Assembly: GCA_016861085.1 (NCBI GenBank)
Contig: BOKR01000001.1
Location: 195,271-259,270 of the forward strand
DNA from: Patescibacteria group bacterium
GTDB taxonomy: Bacteria > Patescibacteriota > Microgenomatia > UBA1400 > PJMF01
Direction of reading: 5' to 3'
Length of the DNA stretch: 64,000 bases
The translations under genes and the position numbers were made by a program. Positions 39,004-49,547 of the stretch are shown here, one piece after another. Below the pieces are notes generated by a model. It was not told where the DNA came from. It worked only from the letters and a program-made list of their open reading frames with translations, and ran no database searches. Positions within the stretch are counted from its first letter, which is position 1. The number at the start of each line of letters is the position of its first letter.

Positions 39004-40356
39004 TCAATATCGCAGGGCAGTTGTTGAGTTCTCTTGCTCATCAAACTGTATCCTGGTGATAATGTCAGATACGACTTGTCCGAATTTTTCTGGGTTGAAT
39101 GAATGTGGCTTATGACCTAAGTTCTCTACGACTACATCATATAGTTTACTTGCCTTATTAAATACCTTTGAAAGTAGCCCAGTCCTAGTTTGAGCTTTTT
39201 GTGCTGGAAAGACGGCATCTTGCTGACTCCAGGCAACAGCAACAGGAAAATCAAAATTTTCAGCAAGATCCACCTGAACTTGTTTATTGATTTTTCGTTT
39301 TGATAGGAATGATTCTCTCCCGGCTTCAATCAGAACACTTAATGGTTTCCAGGTATTACCGATCACAGGATCTGCCACAAGGTGATTCACAATTTCCATG
39401 AGTAATTTTCTTCTCAGTGCCTGTGCTCTTTTAATCGCCTTGTAGTCATATTGCGTCTCTGGTGATTCAGTTTCTTGTGAGGTAGTTCTTTGTTCTATCT
39501 CAGTAGTTAATTGCTCAATTTTTTGGAATAGACTTTCAATTTTTTTATGACCAATTCTTGAAGCTGGTAGTCCTTTTTTTCCTGGTACTGTTCGTTCAGT
39601 TTCAGCAAGGGCGTTTTGTTTTAGTTGTGCGTATTTTGCGTTGTAGTTTGCTTTCATTTGTTCTAAGTCTTGGGTGAGTTTCAAAGCTAGACCTGTATCA
39701 TACTTATTTTTTGCTTCACGAATACGTTCTTCTAGTTCTGAGATATCCAGTTTTGTAGGAAAATTTTGAGCTAATTCGTGTTCAAGCTGATTACTTTTTC
39801 CTAAACCCTGATTAAATTCGGCGATCCCTTGTTCAAAAAGTCCCCCCGATTGGAAAAAAACTGAGCCGGCGATTGTAATATTAGGAAATTGAGTTTTAAA
39901 CAGAGAAACAAGTTCCGGTAAATTTTGCCCTCCCATTGACTGACCAACAAGGAATACTTTTTGAGCTGGGTGTTCCTTGAGTACAGCTGCAATCATTTTT
40001 ACAAATCCCTGCATTTTCGTGTCTCTATCCCCAGAAGCATCGATGACATCTTTACTTACGAGTGACGGCATATGAATTGCCGCTGCGACTTTAAAATTCC
40101 CATCAATTGCATATTTTTGTCGTCTCACTTGTTCTTGTAGTAAATTTTGAACAACCGATTCAGACATCTTTTCTGAAACAGCCGCCGTATCACCTGCCCC
40201 AGGAAAAACAATCACAGCGATTTGTTCGCCTTGGATTGTTTCCTGTTTTCTTAATTGTTCTTTATTAGGGGTGAAAGTGGTCACTGTAAAACCTAGTTCA
40301 CTCTTTCTTTGTTCTTTTACAAGTGACCCTGGTTGAGGACTAAGGTTTTCGAGCAT
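39004..40356 (-). CDS. Alpha/beta hydrolase with large helical insertion
   Basis: FPGAG, GQSMGG elbow, QDAVFP, LGH. Confidence 0.7.
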   Translation of the reverse strand: MLENLSPQPGSLVKEQRKSELGFTVTTFTPNKEQLRKQETIQGEQIAVIVFPGAGDTAAVSEKMSESVVQNLLQEQVRRQKYAIDGNFKVAAAIHMPSLVSKDVIDASGDRDTKMQGFVKMIAAVLKEHPAQKVFLVGQSMGGQNLPELVSLFKTQFPNITIAGSVFFQSGGLFEQGIAEFNQGLGKSNQLEHELAQNFPTKLDISELEERIREAKNKYDTGLALKLTQDLEQMKANYNAKYAQLKQNALAETERTVPGKKGLPASRIGHKKIESLFQKIEQLTTEIEQRTTSQETESPETQYDYKAIKRAQALRRKLLMEIVNHLVADPVIGNTWKPLSVLIEAGRESFLSKRKINKQVQVDLAENFDFPVAVAWSQQDAVFPAQKAQTRTGLLSKVFNKASKLYDVVVENLGHKPHSFNPEKFGQVVSDIITRIQFDEQENSTTALRY

Positions 40357-40404
40357 AGTTTATTATACAACGAGCGATTTGAATGAGATTTGGAAATAAA
40401 AAAG

Positions 40405-40478
40405 TGGGTGTACATCGACTCGAACGATGGACCTCAGTCTTATCAGGACTGCGCTCTAACCAGCTGAGCTATACACCC
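40405..40478 (-). tRNA. tRNA-Ile(GAT)
   Basis: GGGTGTA/TACACCC acceptor stem, CTGATAA loop; CCA not encoded. Confidence 0.96.
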
Positions 40479-40706
40479 ATGTGAGTTGGTAGATTCTCAT
40501 CTGCAACAGAAACATATTTTATCATATTCAGATAAAAATGCACAATTAAAAATTAATTTGACGGTTTTTTTGGTTTTGTCTGTATTAGCAGTCAACAAGT
40601 AACTTTGCTAATTAGAGTAGAAAACAAAATGAGTTGCTGTACCAGACTAAAATGATGTATTTTGAAATACTTAATAATATTTTGATACTTTTTTATCTAG
40701 ATAAAA

Positions 40707-41273
40707 TTATAAAAACAAGTTAACGTCTGATTGAGTTTCTTCTTGTTTTACTTGCAGCAATCGTTTTTTTTCAGCATTCGAGGTACAGTCACCAGAATCA
40801 TCACAAGTAGTGATATCACTGTAGTATACTTTTGTTTCTGAAGGTGGTAATAATGCAAAGACTTCATACGTGCCTTGGGGAATATCGAGTGTGTAGTCAT
40901 ACTCGTTTTTTATTGAGTCTAGAACAAAATCTACACAAATTTCCTGCTCTGTCCTAACTTCTCGTGCGCATACAATAACTGCTTCTGTTTGAGGTATTTT
41001 TGAGAATCGTATAGTTCCAGAAATTGTTGCAGTTGTAGTTTCACCTAAGACTTCCCCAATCTGTATTACATCGGCAGGAGTTGGTTGTACTGCTATTTGG
41101 GATTCAAGTGCTGCAATCTGTTCTTGCTGTGTCTGAATTTGAGATTCGTACTCTTTTTTTTCTCTATCTGCCTGCCAGATATACACAATTGAAGAAAAAG
41201 TTATCGCAAAGACAAGTACTAAAAAGCTAGCGTTTATTTTTGACATAGCTAGGGCAAGTATATCATACTCCAA
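40707..41273 (-). CDS. Hypothetical membrane-anchored exported protein
   Basis: TM, coiled coil, VLGE motif, Cys-containing beta domain. Confidence 0.75.
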   Translation of the reverse strand: MEYDILALAMSKINASFLVLVFAITFSSIVYIWQADREKKEYESQIQTQQEQIAALESQIAVQPTPADVIQIGEVLGETTTATISGTIRFSKIPQTEAVIVCAREVRTEQEICVDFVLDSIKNEYDYTLDIPQGTYEVFALLPPSETKVYYSDITTCDDSGDCTSNAEKKRLLQVKQEETQSDVNLFL

Positions 41274-41523
41274 GGAAGGCTACTTGGGTTTTTCTAGAAA
41301 TTCTTTGTCCAGGTTGGAACATGTTTCTGAGTGTATTCACAATTGCACCAGCGTGAGCTTCAAGGTTTTGGGTAACTGCTTTGCCAGTTTCGTAGGCTTC
41401 TTCGATCAGTTCACAAAAGGCAAAAAACCCCATGGCGTCTAATAAGGTTACTAAACTCTGGTCTCCCTTGAGTCTTTCGACTTTTTCTAGCAATGCTTGT
41501 AATTTCTCGTTTCCAATTGACAT
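41263..41523 (-). CDS. Hypothetical small protein
   Basis: 86-aa ORF, TATACT upstream. Confidence 0.5.
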   Translation of the reverse strand: MSIGNEKLQALLEKVERLKGDQSLVTLLDAMGFFAFCELIEEAYETGKAVTQNLEAHAGAIVNTLRNMFQPGQRISRKTQVAFLGV

Positions 41524-41564
41524 ATATTGATGTATTTAGATCGATAGTATATCACTAAAATACT

Positions 41565-41588
41565 AAAAAACCACCGGTTATGGTGGTC
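41565..41588 (-). terminator. Terminator after the 16S trailer
   Basis: ACCACC-loop-GGTGGT followed by T tract on minus strand. Confidence 0.7.
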
Positions 41589-41757
41589 TGTTATTGTGCC
41601 AAGCACAAGGATTTTCAAGTTAAGAATGACAGAATCTGATACAAACATGGTGATAGAGCCGACCTGGATATGGTGGTCTCAGGATTTTGAAAGGTAATTC
41701 GTTTCGTATTGCTACAAAACGGGAATGGGAGGTCGTGATACTCCTACCCATCTCCTT

Positions 41758-43246
<1,489 letters not shown>

Positions 43247-43655
43247 AGTTTGAGACTCATTTCTTGCGAAATGAGTTTAGGCTCTTATATTATTATCTAG
43301 ATTTATTTAAAAAATTAACGGATTGTACACATAACATATAAACTATATGTATGTATTTTGTAACATCATCAATAAATTGGGATATTACTGTACAATCCAC
43401 TTAATTATTTAAGTCGAATCTAGTATTTCAGTTCTATCACCATGTTTATTTCAGATATCTGTCATGAAATTTATATTGCTATATATAAATTTCTCTTAAC
43501 TTGTTAATGTTCGATTTGTTTTTCTGTCTATTTCAGGCACAAAAAACACAAGAACGGTAGTATAGTTCTTGTTTTTTATTTTGTAAACTCTCAATATTGT
43601 GAGTTTGTGAAGATGAGTATCTGCCTTGCGGCGGACTTTATCTTTGAAGATTAGT

Positions 43656-43685
43656 ATTGTAACACACTCCAGAAGAAAAAGTCAA
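43656..43685 (-). promoter_or_regulatory. Probable rRNA promoter
   Basis: TTGACT-N18-TACAAT with TG extension. Confidence 0.6.
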
Positions 43686-43706
43686 AGGGGGAATTTTTAT
43701 TAGGAA

Positions 43707-44744
43707 CTAGATTTCTGGAAACATAACTCGAAGAAATTCTTGAGCAACGTCTTTCTTTTTTCCGACCAATGGGTATTGATTCCAGTCCAAGCTTGGCGAA
43801 GAATTAATTTCAATTATTTTATATGAGTCCCTATTTTGATTAGTAAAAATATTTTTCGACATGAAATCGATACCGCATAATGCTAAGCCAGGTATAGCTC
43901 TAATTGTCTTCAAAGCAATTTTAAGCACGCTTGGGTGGACAGAATCTGTTAAATCAATAGTATCTCCCCCAAGACTAACATTCATGGCACTTTGCGGACG
44001 TAATAAAATTTGTTCATTCTTTTTTGGAATACTTTTTGGAGTCAAATTTTGATTTTTTAGGAAGCTTATGACTTCATCGTCAATAATGAGTTCATGATAT
44101 GTTGGAATGCTTTGCCTGATTGTATTTGTATTTTTCTTCTTGATGAGTTCGTGAATTGTTGATTTCCCATTACCTATAACATTTGCAGCAACTCTTTTGA
44201 TAATACTTAATACCTTTGCTTGAGTTGCTAGAATTCTAAATTCTTCGCCAATGAACATTTCTTCAATCAAAAGGTCAACTGATTTTTCTCCATAATAAGT
44301 TCGAACATTCATAATAGCTTGTTGAAATTTCTCAAAGGAATTCAAGTTTAAATGTACATTATTTCCTCGTTCATCGGAAATTGGTTTAATAACCAGTGGC
44401 TTTTTCATACCATCAAACAACTGCTGATAACATTCAATAGCATCGCCACTTTCAAGCAGAAATCCATGAGTTACCGATATGCCAGCTCGTTGCAACATGT
44501 GTTTGGCTATTCGTTTATCTTTACAGCAATAGTGCGCAAATGCGGTAGTTTCAGAAGGAACTTGTCCATAAAAGTATTTTTCGGTGTTTTTGTATTGTAG
44601 TCTGAACATTGCGGTATATGGAATTATTTCCCAAGAGATTCCCAATTTCTCAGCCTCTTCTATGACAAGAAGCGTGCTCTTACTGATTTTTTTTAGTTTA
44701 TCTTTTCCTAAAATAGTTTTTCTCTTTTGAAATATATCGTTCAT
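43707..44744 (-). CDS. Stand-alone ATP-grasp ligase, cyanophycin-synthetase/GshF-like
   Basis: KDK, VIKP, EFR, ANVIGNGKSTIHELI, NVSLGG, CGID, EINSSP. Confidence 0.85.
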   Translation of the reverse strand: MNDIFQKRKTILGKDKLKKISKSTLLVIEEAEKLGISWEIIPYTAMFRLQYKNTEKYFYGQVPSETTAFAHYCCKDKRIAKHMLQRAGISVTHGFLLESGDAIECYQQLFDGMKKPLVIKPISDERGNNVHLNLNSFEKFQQAIMNVRTYYGEKSVDLLIEEMFIGEEFRILATQAKVLSIIKRVAANVIGNGKSTIHELIKKKNTNTIRQSIPTYHELIIDDEVISFLKNQNLTPKSIPKKNEQILLRPQSAMNVSLGGDTIDLTDSVHPSVLKIALKTIRAIPGLALCGIDFMSKNIFTNQNRDSYKIIEINSSPSLDWNQYPLVGKKKDVAQEFLRVMFPEI

Positions 44745-44928
44745 ACAAAAAATCCCCCTTAATCCGGCTTAAAAAAGCTACACTGTTTTGAAGTTATAAA
44801 TAACTAAGTATTAACGTGGTATCCACGAGAATTGGGAAAAATTATCCCATAACAGAGGTTCATTGTATCACAAATGGTCTGTATTAGCCAATTTTTCTGC
44901 TATATGTTGGATTGGTTTGAGTCGGGAT

Positions 44929-46053
44929 CTAGGAGATTACACCTCCACCCAAACAAATAAATTCATCATTTATTTTTTTATAAAATACGGCAGATTGGCC
45001 TTGTGCAATTCCTTTAGTTGGCTTTGTCAGCGTTACTGTACTTGCAGTTTTAATGTCATCTTTTACTTTGATTTTGCACTTCAATAAATCGCCAGTATGG
45101 CGGATCCTTACAAATAAATTAGTGCTATTTAAGGCCAATTTATCGTTGTTATTAACAATCCAATGCATATCTCTGACATCAAAAGTGTCTGTCAAAGTTT
45201 CATGACCAAAACCAACCACGAGCTGATTTTTTTCTGGATTTTTTCGAATAACATAAAATGGTGGAATATTGTGCTTATCTATTGTAGTTCCATCGTCCAT
45301 TTTAATGACGGTTTTTGCATTGATTTGGAAGCCGTTTCTTTGGCCTACAGTATAAAACCACAAGCCTTTGTGTGTACCAATGACATTTCCAGCGGTATCA
45401 ACAACCGCACCAGGGTTTTCGCCCAATCGTTCTTTCAAAAAATTATGCACATTAATATCGCCAATAAAACAAATTCCAACAGAATCTTTTTTATTGCTTA
45501 CATGGAGCTTGCGCTTCTCTGCTTCTGTTCTGACTTCTGACTTAAGCATGTTTTGAAGCGGAAACAATGTGTGGTCAATTTGGCCCTCGTTCAACAAATA
45601 TAAAAAGTACGTCTGATCTTTATGGGCATCTTTTGGAATTGCAAGTTGTTTGATAGTAGTGCCATCTTCAGTTTCATTCTCACTAATTTTGGCATAGTGA
45701 CCTGTTGCCACAAAATCAAAACCTTCCTTCATTGCCCAATCATAAAACATGCCGAATTTAATTTCTTTGTTGCACATTACATCTGGATTTGGAGTTCTGC
45801 CAGCTTCATATTCTGTAAAAAAATATTCCACAACTTTGTCACGGTACTCTTGTTTGAAATCTAAAACTTTGAATGGGATACCAAGATCAAGGGCGACTTT
45901 GAGTGCGTCTTTACGATCTTCTTCACTACGGCACCCTGGGGCACGCCAACACTCAAGGTATACTCCGGTAACAGCATATCCTTGTTCGAGTAGTAAGTGG
46001 GCGCAGACTGAAGAATCAACTCCGCCACTCATGCCAAGTGCTACTTTTTTCAT
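44929..46053 (-). CDS. mnmA: tRNA 2-thiouridylase MnmA
   Basis: SGGVDS, TPNPDVMCN, ATGHY, KDQTYFL, GQSAVFY. Confidence 0.97.
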   Translation of the reverse strand: MKKVALGMSGGVDSSVCAHLLLEQGYAVTGVYLECWRAPGCRSEEDRKDALKVALDLGIPFKVLDFKQEYRDKVVEYFFTEYEAGRTPNPDVMCNKEIKFGMFYDWAMKEGFDFVATGHYAKISENETEDGTTIKQLAIPKDAHKDQTYFLYLLNEGQIDHTLFPLQNMLKSEVRTEAEKRKLHVSNKKDSVGICFIGDINVHNFLKERLGENPGAVVDTAGNVIGTHKGLWFYTVGQRNGFQINAKTVIKMDDGTTIDKHNIPPFYVIRKNPEKNQLVVGFGHETLTDTFDVRDMHWIVNNNDKLALNSTNLFVRIRHTGDLLKCKIKVKDDIKTASTVTLTKPTKGIAQGQSAVFYKKINDEFICLGGGVIS

Positions 46054-46063
46054 AAGTCCTATA

Positions 46064-46825
46064 TTATAGCAGATTTTGACAGTCTTTTTGACTGAATTGG
46101 CCATTTTTTGTTCGAGTAATAGAATATGTAGTTGCGGGAATATCGAGAACTTTGCTCAAGTCTCTCACGAAAGCTCGAACATACGTTCTGGTTGAAACTT
46201 CAATGTGTAGCGTGATAAATGGTAGTTGGGATATATTCTTTTTTTTCAGTGTTCTGAAAGTTTCCCCCCATTGTTCAGTGATTTTTTGTTGTCTGAAATC
46301 TCCTGAAACAAGTTGAATCCTATCAAAGATATTATTTTGCAAGACTGTTATATCAACAGAATCTACTTTTTTACAATCAATTGAAAAAATAGTGACCCTG
46401 TTTTTTTTCTGTTCAAACGTTTCACCTTTTTTTGCTAGGTCAAATCCTGATTTTCCTTTCACACGTTGTGCAGAAAAATTCGGCTGTATTTGTATTTGTG
46501 CACCTAAAAAATTTTGCAAGAGCGTTTTTAGTTTTTCACCAATTTCTACTTCGTTGAGAGGTTGTTTAGTGAGATCTTTCGTTATACCTAAGAGGTCTAA
46601 ACTATCAGTACTAACTCCAAATAGGATTTCAAAAGTATATGTTTTTTTTGCATCCTTAAACTCACCTTTTTTAAATCTATCATCACCAGTTAGTACTACT
46701 ACAATACCCTCTGCCATAGGGTCCAGAGTACCAGTATGAGTAGCCTTTTGGTGAATTTTTTCCCCAACTTTTTGTGCTAATAAATGTGTTGATTCGCCAA
46801 CTTTTTTCCAAATAGGAATAATCAT
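46064..46825 (-). CDS. truB: tRNA pseudouridine(55) synthase TruB-like
   Basis: HTGTLDPMAEG, TYVR. Confidence 0.85.
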   Translation of the reverse strand: MIIPIWKKVGESTHLLAQKVGEKIHQKATHTGTLDPMAEGIVVVLTGDDRFKKGEFKDAKKTYTFEILFGVSTDSLDLLGITKDLTKQPLNEVEIGEKLKTLLQNFLGAQIQIQPNFSAQRVKGKSGFDLAKKGETFEQKKNRVTIFSIDCKKVDSVDITVLQNNIFDRIQLVSGDFRQQKITEQWGETFRTLKKKNISQLPFITLHIEVSTRTYVRAFVRDLSKVLDIPATTYSITRTKNGQFSQKDCQNLL

Positions 46826-46858
46826 AGCTCTATATTATAGTATAATCTTGCAACCATT

Positions 46859-47713
46859 ATGAAAATATTAATTCTAACTACAGATACTGGAGCCACGCAT
46901 ACTGGCACCAGTGTTAGTTCGAGTACGGGTTTACTTCTTGACAGTTTGAAAAAAAATCACGAAGTGACACTCGCACTTTTTTCACAACTCTCACTGACGA
47001 TTGCAAAAGACAGCATACACATTGCGTACAAATCAACAGACATAAAATTGTTTGATTTCATTATTTTCAGATCAACAGATGATACTGAATTTAATATGGA
47101 ATGGTTGGCACAGATTGTTGGCGACTACTGTCTGGCAAATAACATAAAAAATATTAATGCTCAACATTATGCTTCTTTTGGTAATAGATGGAATAAATTG
47201 CAGCAAATCGAATTTTTTACTAGAAATGGTTTTTTAGTTCCTCACACCAAGTTCGGATACATTGAAAACTCACACTTTCCGCTCATTGCCAAGCCTTTAA
47301 TAGGAAGCCAAGGCAAAGGCATTCATATGGTAGCTTCAAAGAAAGAGCTAGTTCCACATTTAGGTACAATATATCAAGAGGTGCTTCCAAATAGACAAGA
47401 TTATAGAGTTCTTGTTTTGGGAGAAAAAATTCTTGGAGTTATGCTTAGAAAAGCCAATACTAATTCAGTAGTGAGTAATATCTCTGCAGGTGGAATAGGA
47501 GAAAAATCTGTAATTGACCCTCAGTTACAAGAAATCTCACTTCGTCTTGCACGGCTAAGCCGGCTCGATTTCTGTGGCATAGATCTAATGAAAAATAAGG
47601 ATGATGAATATGCTGTTCTGGAAGTCAATAGAAATCCAGGTTTTTTGGGATTTCAGAAAGTGACGGGTATTGAGGTTACTGCAGAAATTGAGGCACACTT
47701 ATCTGCATCGTGA
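46859..47713 (+). CDS. RimK/LysX family ATP-grasp ligase
   Basis: KPLIGSQGKG, DYRV, SNISAGG, CGID, EVNRNPGF. Confidence 0.9.
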   Translation: MKILILTTDTGATHTGTSVSSSTGLLLDSLKKNHEVTLALFSQLSLTIAKDSIHIAYKSTDIKLFDFIIFRSTDDTEFNMEWLAQIVGDYCLANNIKNINAQHYASFGNRWNKLQQIEFFTRNGFLVPHTKFGYIENSHFPLIAKPLIGSQGKGIHMVASKKELVPHLGTIYQEVLPNRQDYRVLVLGEKILGVMLRKANTNSVVSNISAGGIGEKSVIDPQLQEISLRLARLSRLDFCGIDLMKNKDDEYAVLEVNRNPGFLGFQKVTGIEVTAEIEAHLSAS

Positions 47714-48568
47714 AATGAGATACTCAATTATTTTGAGTGGAATGTCAATTCCCGTTGCTTGCATGAAGCCATTAAACTGAGGGGCTCTGTTCACCTCCAT
47801 AACCATGAGTTTTCCATTCATATCTTTGATTAAGTCAACACCTGCTATTTCATATTGCATGCTCTGTGCTGCAGCAAGAGTAAGGTTTTTTTCTTCATCT
47901 GAGAGATTGTATATTTCTGCCGAACCTCCCAGTGATACATTATTTCTAAATTCAGATTCATCTTGGCGGTATCTTTTGATTGCTCCTTGAATTGTATTCC
48001 CGATAACAAACACACGAATATCACCCTCATTGTCAACAAATTTTTGGATTATCAAAGATTGGTTTTCACTCTCAAACACATCAAGCAATTCATCAAGGGA
48101 ATGACACTTATATACACCTTCACCTTTTGAACCATCAGTGACTTTTGCGATAACAGGATACGTAATTTTTTCTTTGATCATCTCAAATGATTTTTTTGAT
48201 ACAAAATAGCTATCGATGATTGGAATATTATTCTGTCTCAGCCTCTGGTATTCAAAGCTTTTTCGATCAATCCATGGTCTGTTATGACAAAAGACGCTGT
48301 CAATAACTGGAATAGAATGTGATAAACAAAATTCTGAAATGAGAGCTTCTTCTTCGATGTATGGTCCAACAGTTCTAAAGAAAACGATATCAAAATCAAG
48401 TATGTTGTGTTCACCGATATACAACTCATGATTTTGCTGGGAGTATTTTATTAGTAATTCATCAAGTTTTTTGATAACAAGTTCCACTCCTAATTTTTTT
48501 GCAGCTTCAGTAAAAAGTGGCTCATGCAAGTATTGTGTTTTTTTAACTAAAAAAAGAATTTTTTTCAT
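47699..48568 (-). CDS. RimK/LysX family ATP-grasp ligase
   Basis: GSKGEGV, DIRVFV, FRNNVSLGG, AGVD, EVNRAPQF. Confidence 0.9.
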   Translation of the reverse strand: MKKILFLVKKTQYLHEPLFTEAAKKLGVELVIKKLDELLIKYSQQNHELYIGEHNILDFDIVFFRTVGPYIEEEALISEFCLSHSIPVIDSVFCHNRPWIDRKSFEYQRLRQNNIPIIDSYFVSKKSFEMIKEKITYPVIAKVTDGSKGEGVYKCHSLDELLDVFESENQSLIIQKFVDNEGDIRVFVIGNTIQGAIKRYRQDESEFRNNVSLGGSAEIYNLSDEEKNLTLAAAQSMQYEIAGVDLIKDMNGKLMVMEVNRAPQFNGFMQATGIDIPLKIIEYLISRCR

Positions 48569-48584
48569 AGATTCTTATATACTA

Positions 48585-49541
48585 TTATAGTTCGTTGTAG
48601 TCTCCTATTTTTTTAATTTCTTGTGCGTATTTTTCTTTGCTCAGTGAAAGGAAACTGGGTAGTTGAGGGTGAAACTTGGGGTTGAGTAAGATAGCTTTTT
48701 CTACGTCTTCTAGAGCCAGTTTTCCAAAATACAAATTTGTGCTGTCAAAATTATTTTTTTTCAGCCACCCATAAACGTCTATAAGTCCTTCAAAATAAAC
48801 TAGGTCCTTAGTATAGCCTCCAGGTTTACTGGTGTCAGTAAGTCCCCTTTTTTTCTTGAGTGCCATTAGCCAGCGTCGTTCTGGATTTTGGATATATGTT
48901 CCAAGGAAATTCCAAATTTCAACAAACGATGCATGCTGTGCTTTGGATACTGTTATGTAGTCAAGAGCAGACCAATAAGCAAACTTAAAGCTACGAGGCA
49001 TAAGAAAATGTAGTGTTGCTAATCCTTCTTCTGTTTTTAAGTAATCTGAGAACCCATATTTTTTTTTGCTTTTGAACCACGGTTGTTTTTCGTAGTTAAT
49101 TCTTCGTAATGCGTGTGTACCAACTTCGTGATACAGCATGCCCAGTAATCCTTCTTTTCTAAAATCAGGTGGGAGTCTCAATTTTATAGTATCAGCTGTA
49201 ATGCTTGTTCTTGAAACGAATGATGAGGACCATACAATTTTGAATCGTTTTTGCAAATTATGCATATGCAAAAATGTATAAATTGTTTTTTCAATATCAC
49301 GCTGTGAAACAACTGGACCTTCCATTTTTTGCAGGTCATCTTCTGTTTTGCCAAAGTATGCTTTTTCAACAATATTTTCTGCTATTTTGAGATATGCATT
49401 TGTAGTTGGTCCATATTTTTCTAATTTGTTTTGGTCAATTGATTCTGCATATCTAAATTGTGGATTGTAGGTTTGGTCGGCAAAAAACTTTTCTTTTTCT
49501 TGGTTGAGATTTTTAGGAATAAGTGAGGTTACAAAAGACAT
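48585..49541 (-). CDS. DUF1704 / MATCAP-like HExxxH metallocarboxypeptidase
   Basis: YNPQFRY, HEVGTH, TEEGLA, KRG, TKDLVYFEG, LYFGK. Confidence 0.85.
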   Translation of the reverse strand: MSFVTSLIPKNLNQEKEKFFADQTYNPQFRYAESIDQNKLEKYGPTTNAYLKIAENIVEKAYFGKTEDDLQKMEGPVVSQRDIEKTIYTFLHMHNLQKRFKIVWSSSFVSRTSITADTIKLRLPPDFRKEGLLGMLYHEVGTHALRRINYEKQPWFKSKKKYGFSDYLKTEEGLATLHFLMPRSFKFAYWSALDYITVSKAQHASFVEIWNFLGTYIQNPERRWLMALKKKRGLTDTSKPGGYTKDLVYFEGLIDVYGWLKKNNFDSTNLYFGKLALEDVEKAILLNPKFHPQLPSFLSLSKEKYAQEIKKIGDYNEL

Positions 49542-49547
49542 AGATTT

